Assembly (NCBI GenBank): GCA_963581345.1
Contig: CAUZNH010000001.1
Span: 1 to 31,840 of the forward strand
Direction of reading: 5' to 3'
DNA: 31,840 nucleotides
From: Candidatus Thalassarchaeaceae archaeon
Lineage (GTDB): Archaea; Thermoplasmatota; Poseidoniia; Poseidoniales; Thalassarchaeaceae
In this document: positions 25,517 through 31,840 of the stretch, in pieces
How the letters are laid out: the number at the start of each line of letters is the position of its first letter
Position numbering within the stretch: the first letter of the stretch is position 1
The notes under the pieces: model-generated
Databases searched by the model: none
What the model was told of the DNA's origin: nothing
Seen by the model: only the letters and a program-made list of their open reading frames with translations
Translations under genes and position numbers: made by a program

Positions 25517-27241
25517 GTGACAAGCGACAGCGACCGAGTTAACTCCTTGATGTCGATGTTGAAAAGGAGAGGGATTATCTTTCCTGCCTTTTCAATTCAT
25601 GGAGGAATTGCCGGTTTGTATGATTACGGACCTGTAGGTGGAAGGCTATTGAGAAAAGTGCAACAACAATGGAGAGAACATTGGTTGTCAAAAGGTAATA
25701 TTGTAGAAATTGACAGCCCTACTATTACACCTGAATCGGTTTTACAAGCAAGTGGCCATGTATCTGCCTTTAACGACCATGCGTCTGAATGTAATTCTTG
25801 TAACGCTATTTTCCGTAGTGACCATTTAGTTGAGGAATTCCATCTAAATCCAGATTCTCTCTCTGGCCCTGAATTAGATTCAATCCTTTCCGATAATTCG
25901 GTTTCCTGTCCTTCTTGTAAGAATGACGATTGGGCGAATTCTCGCCCTATGAATCTAATGTTTGGAACTAAAATAGGCGCAACGGGGGGTGGTAGACAAG
26001 CGTATATGCGACCTGAAACTGCTCAGGGAATGTTCCTAACCTTCCCTATGATTCAACGCCATTTCAGGAATCGTCTTCCTTACGGAGCAATCCAAGTTGG
26101 AAAAGGGTACAGGAATGAAATAAGTCCACGACAAGGAATAATCCGACAAAGGGAATTCAATATGGCTGAACTTGAATATTTCATTGATCCAAATGTGGAC
26201 GCGCATCATGACCTTTCAAAATGGGATGATATTAATTTTCAATTAATTCCTGACCCTGAAAATGGAGAGCAGAAAACTATCAATTTGCAAATTTCTACGG
26301 CACTTGAACAGAATATCGTCCGACATCCAACAGTTGCAATGTTTATGGCTGAAACTTATGACTTTCTTACTAAGATAGGGGCAAACCCAGAAAAAATCAG
26401 ATTTAGGCAACACGAATCGGATGAAATGGCACATTATGCATCTGATTGTTGGGATTTGGAAATGCATGGCTCTTATGGTTGGGTTGAATGTGTTGGAATT
26501 GCCCACAGAGGTTGTTATGATTTAGAAGCACATGAAAATGCAACCAACAGCAATGAATTGAGAGCTTGGCGTGATTTTGATGAGCCAATCGAAGTTGATA
26601 AGGAAGTTGTAAAAGCAATTGGATCAATTGTAGGACCTGCTTTTAGACAACAGGCAGGCCAGGTAACTCAAGCTTTGTCAGAACTAGAAAATATACCAAC
26701 ATCATTCCCCTTTGAACTATCCCTAAGTGATGGAAGTAGTGTTACTATAGATGATTCAATGGTTAAGGTAGTAAGGGTGCAAGAGACAATACGAGGAGAA
26801 TGGTTCCTACCTCATGTGGTTGAACCTGCATTTGGTCTTGACCGTATTATTTGGCACCTACTTGACCATGGATATGAAATGACTAGTAAAGAAGGAGAAG
26901 AATACCTCATTCTGCACCTTTCAGAATCAGTTGCACCATACGAAGTTGTTGTGTTACCACTCTTTGAGAAAGATGGGATGGGCCAAATTGGTAAGGAATT
27001 GCAAACGACACTTCTGGAAATTAATGGAATTGGTGTGTATTATGACGGAACAAGATCAATCGGCAGAAGATATGCAAGAGCAGATGAAATAGGCGTCCCT
27101 TGGGCTGTTACCATTGACTATGAATCATTAGAAGATGGAAGTGTTACGGTTCGTCGGCGAGATGACCAATCTCAAATCAGAATTTCTACAAATGATTTGA
27201 TTCAACATTTACAAAGTGGTTCTCTCGGCTCTGTTTTCTAA
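25517..27241 (+). CDS. glyS: Glycine--tRNA ligase (alpha2, archaeal/eukaryotic type)
   Basis: YDYGPVG, MRPETAQGMF, RNEISPRQGIIRQREFNMAELEYF, EMAHYASDCWD, WVECVGIA, PHVVEPAFGLDR, SIGRRYARADEIGVP. Confidence 0.99.
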   Translation: MTSDSDRVNSLMSMLKRRGIIFPAFSIHGGIAGLYDYGPVGGRLLRKVQQQWREHWLSKGNIVEIDSPTITPESVLQASGHVSAFNDHASECNSCNAIFRSDHLVEEFHLNPDSLSGPELDSILSDNSVSCPSCKNDDWANSRPMNLMFGTKIGATGGGRQAYMRPETAQGMFLTFPMIQRHFRNRLPYGAIQVGKGYRNEISPRQGIIRQREFNMAELEYFIDPNVDAHHDLSKWDDINFQLIPDPENGEQKTINLQISTALEQNIVRHPTVAMFMAETYDFLTKIGANPEKIRFRQHESDEMAHYASDCWDLEMHGSYGWVECVGIAHRGCYDLEAHENATNSNELRAWRDFDEPIEVDKEVVKAIGSIVGPAFRQQAGQVTQALSELENIPTSFPFELSLSDGSSVTIDDSMVKVVRVQETIRGEWFLPHVVEPAFGLDRIIWHLLDHGYEMTSKEGEEYLILHLSESVAPYEVVVLPLFEKDGMGQIGKELQTTLLEINGIGVYYDGTRSIGRRYARADEIGVPWAVTIDYESLEDGSVTVRRRDDQSQIRISTNDLIQHLQSGSLGSVF

Positions 27242-27268
27242 TTACCAAAACAATGCCTAATTCATCGT

Positions 27269-27291
27269 TTCATCTATAATCAATAGATGAA
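27269..27291. promoter_or_regulatory. 9-bp perfect inverted repeat over the putative rfcL TATA box (operator, or glyS 3' hairpin)
   Basis: TTCATCTAT-AATCA-ATAGATGAA, containing CTATAAT. Confidence 0.45.
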
Positions 27292-27324
27292 CATTCAAAA
27301 CCCCTCGCTGCCGTGAGGACTTTG

Positions 27325-28857
27325 ATGGTCGAAGCGCAGTCAATTCCGTCCGACTGGACTGAGCGTTATCGGCCTAAAACAGCAGCCCAATTAGAAGGAA
27401 ATGAAGCAGCCAGAAAAAGAATCAAAATGTGGCTAGAATCATGGAAGAATGGAACACCTGACAAGAAAGGACTTCTTCTTGTTGGGCCACCTGGAATCGG
27501 AAAAACTAGCATTGTTAGGGCTGTTGCAGAAGACTTCGGATGGGTAGTCATTGAATTGAATGCTAGTGATGCAAGGAACGCCGCTTCAATTAGAAAAGCC
27601 GCAGGGGGTGGCGCATCAAATTACACATTTGGATTGGATGGGTCTTTTGACTTGGGTGGAACTAGAAAAACATTGATTCTTTTGGATGAAGTTGACCATC
27701 TGCATGGTGGTTTACGGGGAGTGAGTGAAAAACGAATTGAGGGATCATTGGCAAAAAAACGCGGTGAAGATAGCACAATTGCCTCTTTGAAGGGTGATTC
27801 TGGGGGTAAGGCCGAATTGTTAAAAATGCTAAAAAGTACCACCCAACCAATAATTATGACTTGTAATGAACCCATGGGATTGTGGGGCAGACGTAATTCA
27901 AATTGGGCTTCAGCAAGAGATAGGTTTCTTCGCCAAGCAGAACTAATTAAATTTCGAAGAGCAAGTTCAGCAGCGCTACAAAAAATTGCAAAAAGGGTTC
28001 TCAATTCTGAAAATATAACCTCTGACCCTGGCGCACTAAGCAGACTAGTAAATGCAAACCCCGGTGATATCCGCGCCCTTGTTAGGGATTTACAAATGAT
28101 ATGTGAAGATGGTACTAATCATATTGATTTAGATACCGTGGAAACCCAACTTAGTAGGGGATTACGGGATCAACAACTAGATTTGTTTCCAGGTTTAGAA
28201 GAACTTTACAAAAGCACATCTGCAAAGGATGCTGCTGAAAAGACTAGAGATATTGAAATCACACCAAGGGAATTAATTGCTTGGATTTCGTGGAATAATG
28301 CCTCTGTTTTCAAAGGCCGAGAAGATCTCGCTAGAGCGGCTAAAACTTGTTCAATTGCCGACCAATCATTGCATACAATGTACAGTAATAATGCATACCG
28401 TAGTTGGTATTGGTCTGGGCAATTATCTGCTTTATCTGCTAGTGTTTCATCAATTCATGAGCCGGCCGCAAGGTTCTCATTGTCTTTCCCACCATTCTTG
28501 AGAAGGGGTACAGAACCGTGGCGTAGAAAAGCATTGATTCAAAAATTAAAGGACCTTTCAGGTTGCAGTATTCAAGCTGCTCGTGAAGAATTATGGCCCC
28601 CACTAGCAGCCATCCACGAGTCGGGAAATAATCTGGATGTTGAAGATTTCACAATTAGTAAAGAGTTAAAATTAGATGGTGATGAACATGCTTTACTTCA
28701 TGGACTGAGAAGTAATCTCAAATCAACTAAAGACATTGTAAAAAGGTACAATGAAAGCATCCAAGTAGAGTCTAAAATTGAAGAGAATGATGAATTTTTA
28801 GAACAAGAACAAGAAAATACTCCAATAATAGATAAAGATCAAAAAACTCTATTTTGA
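27325..28857 (+). CDS. rfcL: Replication factor C large subunit (start ATG 27325 preferred; GTG 27313 possible)
   Basis: WTERYRPK, GPPGIGKT, ELNASDAR, LDEVD, GDIRAL, C-terminal PIP box QKTLF. GAGG SD 6 nt before ATG 27325. Confidence 0.95.
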   Translation: MVEAQSIPSDWTERYRPKTAAQLEGNEAARKRIKMWLESWKNGTPDKKGLLLVGPPGIGKTSIVRAVAEDFGWVVIELNASDARNAASIRKAAGGGASNYTFGLDGSFDLGGTRKTLILLDEVDHLHGGLRGVSEKRIEGSLAKKRGEDSTIASLKGDSGGKAELLKMLKSTTQPIIMTCNEPMGLWGRRNSNWASARDRFLRQAELIKFRRASSAALQKIAKRVLNSENITSDPGALSRLVNANPGDIRALVRDLQMICEDGTNHIDLDTVETQLSRGLRDQQLDLFPGLEELYKSTSAKDAAEKTRDIEITPRELIAWISWNNASVFKGREDLARAAKTCSIADQSLHTMYSNNAYRSWYWSGQLSALSASVSSIHEPAARFSLSFPPFLRRGTEPWRRKALIQKLKDLSGCSIQAAREELWPPLAAIHESGNNLDVEDFTISKELKLDGDEHALLHGLRSNLKSTKDIVKRYNESIQVESKIEENDEFLEQEQENTPIIDKDQKTLF

Positions 28858-30420
28858 TTACTCTTTCCAGACTCTAATGGAAAGTAATACAATAACTGTC
28901 AGCAATTCTAAACGACCCAGCCACATCAAAGTAGCAGTGACGATTAAACTCGTCCAATGTAAACTAGCCCATGTTTGAGTAGGTCCAAAACTACCTAACG
29001 CTGGTCCTGTATTTCCTAACGAAGCAATTGCTACTGATATCACCGTTTCCAAATCTAAAGAAGATTCTATTATTGCTAGTAAAATGATACTACCCATTGA
29101 TAGAACTGCCCACCATGAAAGCATGCCAACAATCGTCCAAAGTTTTTCGTCCTCAACAACTTCACCATTAAGCCGGACAAGGTGTATTTTCTTGGGTGAT
29201 GCAATACGGGAGATTTCACGTTTTGCCAACAGGTATGCAATTCTCAGTCGTAAAATTTTGAGCCCTCCGCTTGTTGAACCAGCTGAAGCACCTACGATCA
29301 TCAAGAACAATAAAATAATCAACGATAAAGTTGGCCAAATTGCGTAGTTTGAACTAGCATAACCAGTTGATGTACCAATTGATACCACATTGAAAGTTGC
29401 ATGACGGAATGAACTACCAAATTCCCAGTCTGCTAAGAAGTAAAGGCTTGCAGTCACGGTTATTGTAGCAAGTGTTAACACAGTCAAATATACCTGCATC
29501 TCTTGGTCCTTAATTGCAGCCCTCCAGTCTCCTCTATAGACATAATGGAACAGACTGAAATTAATCCCAGTGAGTACCATAAAGATAATAATAATCCATT
29601 CAACAGTAACGCTATTGAAAGACATAATCCCTCCATCATAGGTGCTGAAACCACCCGATGGAAGAGTTGTTAATCCATGATTAACAGCGTCAAATAATCC
29701 CATATCTGCCAAATAGTATAAAAGACAAATTTCTACAACTGTAAAGAATGCATAGATGGCCCAAAGAATCTTCGCTGTCTGTTGAATCCTTGGCTTCAAC
29801 CTTGATAATGATGGGCCTGTAAGTTCTGCTCTTGCCATCGTCATCCCACCACCTAAATAGCGGGCTAACAACAACATACCGAGCATAATTATCCCCATTC
29901 CCCCAAGCCATTGGCTAAGACTTCGCCATAGCAATAGTGACTTTGATTGCGCATTAATGCAGTCAGGCACAGCAGGCTGGCATACTGGACTGGTTCGAGG
30001 ATCAATCACGGTTGCACCCGTGGTGGTAAAGCCTGACATTGATTCAAAGAAAGCCCTTACCGAACCGCCAAGCACTTCAGTCAAGTTTGATTGCCCATTA
30101 ATCAGTTCAAAAGGGCCATGAAACATTCCACCAAACCAAAACGGAAGGGCGCCAATTATTACAACAACTGGCCACCCTAATGCTACTGCAGCAAACGCTT
30201 CTCTGTCCCTTAATCTCTCAGAGCTAGCTCCTCTATTTACACCCCAGGTGATGAGCCAATATCCAAGACCAAAAGAAATAGCACTGGGCACGAAAAACGC
30301 ACGCGCTGTTAACTCAAATTCTCCGAGTAAAAATGACCCAACTATAATCATCAAAAACAGAGGACCTGCTAACAACATCAGGGTCAAACCCACTACGTAG
30401 GCGAGAACATCATTTCGCAT
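28858..30420 (-). CDS. trkH: Trk-type K+ uptake membrane protein TrkH
   Basis: FFESMSGFTTTGAT, QWLGGMGII, TLPSGGFS, STGY, GASAGSTSGGLKILR, ASLGNTGP, MWLGRLE. Confidence 0.97.
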   Translation of the reverse strand: MRNDVLAYVVGLTLMLLAGPLFLMIIVGSFLLGEFELTARAFFVPSAISFGLGYWLITWGVNRGASSERLRDREAFAAVALGWPVVVIIGALPFWFGGMFHGPFELINGQSNLTEVLGGSVRAFFESMSGFTTTGATVIDPRTSPVCQPAVPDCINAQSKSLLLWRSLSQWLGGMGIIMLGMLLLARYLGGGMTMARAELTGPSLSRLKPRIQQTAKILWAIYAFFTVVEICLLYYLADMGLFDAVNHGLTTLPSGGFSTYDGGIMSFNSVTVEWIIIIFMVLTGINFSLFHYVYRGDWRAAIKDQEMQVYLTVLTLATITVTASLYFLADWEFGSSFRHATFNVVSIGTSTGYASSNYAIWPTLSLIILLFLMIVGASAGSTSGGLKILRLRIAYLLAKREISRIASPKKIHLVRLNGEVVEDEKLWTIVGMLSWWAVLSMGSIILLAIIESSLDLETVISVAIASLGNTGPALGSFGPTQTWASLHWTSLIVTATLMWLGRLELLTVIVLLSIRVWKE

Positions 30421-30424
30421 TTAT

Positions 30425-31837
30425 TCAACTCCCTGTGAGTCGTTTTTCAACATCTTCAATGTCTTCAACTTTAGCGAAGAGCATCAATCGGTCACCTTCT
30501 TTCATGATTTGGTCACCAGAAGCCCTCAGCATACTTTCTGTACCAGATGATTGAGATGTACGATGGATGAATGCTACACGACATTGTTTATTCTCCAATA
30601 CCTTAACCTGCTTACCAATCATTCTGTGTCCAACATTAAGAATTGCAGACATACCAACAATATCAGGAATAGATGAAAGTAGATGATAATTACCTTCTAC
30701 CTTGCTGTGAACATGTCGGAGAATATAGTTGATTGAAACTCTTCGACGACTAACAGCAAAAGAATGTCCTATTCGCCTTGCGATTTGTGCCAGTTGGCTA
30801 CCATCAAGAACCATTCCCACTATAGCGACTCCTAATTCAGTTGCATGCAGAGCAACTGCCATGTTAGCGTGGTCATCAGATAAGGCAGAGATTGCGATGT
30901 GGTGATCATCAATATCTAATTCTTGGAGGAGGTCTAGGTCCAAAGGATTACCATGAATCGAATCCAATGAGTCTGTATTAGCAAAATCGCTACCAGCTAA
31001 CTCGTTGGCTTGTTCCAAATTTTCGCTAATAACCGTAACCCTGCAACCATCTTCAAGATATGATTTTGCTATTTGACGCCCTAATCTAGTTGCACCAAAT
31101 ATCATGATTCTTGGGTGGTCCGGATAATCAGGAGGTTCATGTCCAGTTGCTAATAATATTCGCCTGAAAGTGTGTTTACCTATTGTAGCAAAAGCGACTA
31201 GGGAATTTGCAACAATAACTGAGTCTGAAGTAGGTATGTAACTTTTCTTTCCTGGTTCTTTTATTCCGAATATTCTAGGTAAGCCATCCACATTATCTTG
31301 AGACTCTTGAAGAGTAGAACCAATTAATTGTTCAGCAGATGGAAGAACTTCTCCAACAGATATCCAAGCATCCTGGCCAAGAGGGAGAACCTCAACCATC
31401 GAAGCACCTTGTAATCCTACTTTTAAATCATCAATTACTAGTAGGTCAGAACATACTGCATGCTGTACCCCACTCCATCGAGTTAAATCTTCACCCTTTT
31501 CATCCGAAATCAAACTTGCATCATGAATTCTAGCAATTGTCATTAATTCTGATTTATTTCCAGCCTGACGCACAATGTCACGAGCTAATGCACACGAAAT
31601 CATGTTAATTTCATCACGCTGTGTTGCTGCAATGTAGACTTCAGCATTTTGCACCTCAGCCTCCATCAAGTCCTCTCGCAACGTGGCATCACCTTGGACC
31701 ACCAATACATCCAATGCTTGAGCCTCTTTGATAGAAACAGGGTCTGTGTCAATGAGAACTACGTCTCTACCTTCACTACGTAAAGCCTTAGCAACCCCAC
31801 GACCGACTTCGCCGGCCCCCCCGATAACTATCCTCAT
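30425..31837 (-). CDS. trkA: Trk system NAD-binding subunit TrkA (RCK_N/RCK_C x2)
   Basis: MRIVIGGAGEVG, GDAT, DEINMI, second RCK IMIFGATRLG, D..N motifs, GDRL. Directly upstream of trkH. Confidence 0.93.
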   Translation of the reverse strand: MRIVIGGAGEVGRGVAKALRSEGRDVVLIDTDPVSIKEAQALDVLVVQGDATLREDLMEAEVQNAEVYIAATQRDEINMISCALARDIVRQAGNKSELMTIARIHDASLISDEKGEDLTRWSGVQHAVCSDLLVIDDLKVGLQGASMVEVLPLGQDAWISVGEVLPSAEQLIGSTLQESQDNVDGLPRIFGIKEPGKKSYIPTSDSVIVANSLVAFATIGKHTFRRILLATGHEPPDYPDHPRIMIFGATRLGRQIAKSYLEDGCRVTVISENLEQANELAGSDFANTDSLDSIHGNPLDLDLLQELDIDDHHIAISALSDDHANMAVALHATELGVAIVGMVLDGSQLAQIARRIGHSFAVSRRRVSINYILRHVHSKVEGNYHLLSSIPDIVGMSAILNVGHRMIGKQVKVLENKQCRVAFIHRTSQSSGTESMLRASGDQIMKEGDRLMLFAKVEDIEDVEKRLTGS

Positions 31838-31840
31838 GGA

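Noticed and set aside
27621-28004. 127-aa minus-strand ORF, plus other 60-105 aa track ORFs nested in long genes
   Set aside because: Antisense or out-of-frame shadows of confidently identified genes.
1-31840. CRISPR arrays, tRNA/rRNA genes, transposases, integrases, defence systems
   Set aside because: No regularly spaced repeats, cloverleafs, rRNA-like tracts or mobile-element ORFs were seen by eye. Intergenic gaps are mostly under 150 nt. tRNAscan-SE and Infernal were not run.

Overview
Gene-dense archaeal housekeeping window, most consistent with marine Thermoplasmatota (Marine Group II / Ca. Poseidoniales-like). The taxonomy is inferred from gene content, order and GGTGA/GAGG Shine-Dalgarno use. 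It holds: a split str operon (rps12-rps7-[bacterial-type delta-9 fatty-acid desaturase]-EF-2, with EF-2 running off the left edge); a UbiD-family decarboxylase; two convergent helical-repeat hypotheticals; the archaeal exosome/proteasome superoperon (psmA-SBDS-rrp4-rrp41-rrp42-rpl37ae-pcc1-pfdB-DHH); dph6; purB; a Walker-A-degenerate RecA-fold protein; tiaS; a gmhA/gmhB-like pair divergent from an archaeosortase; a 1764-aa Lhr helicase with a tandem-duplicated AlkZ/HTH_42-like C-terminus; a ferredoxin; glyS; rfcL; and trkH/trkA. No rRNA, tRNA, CRISPR or mobile element was recognised. The most interesting signal is non-coding. The leaders of rps12 and EF-2 share a two-stranded RNA motif (GAAYCGWUG ... 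UAGGWCGGCGGC) with compensatory base pairs. Its 3' block sits exactly 7 nt upstream of an AAGGUG SD in both genes, and it resembles 16S helix 29 of the uS7-binding site. This suggests a duplicated archaeal ribosomal-protein leader that keeps both halves of the desaturase-interrupted operon co-regulated. All folds were derived by hand, and no database searches were run.
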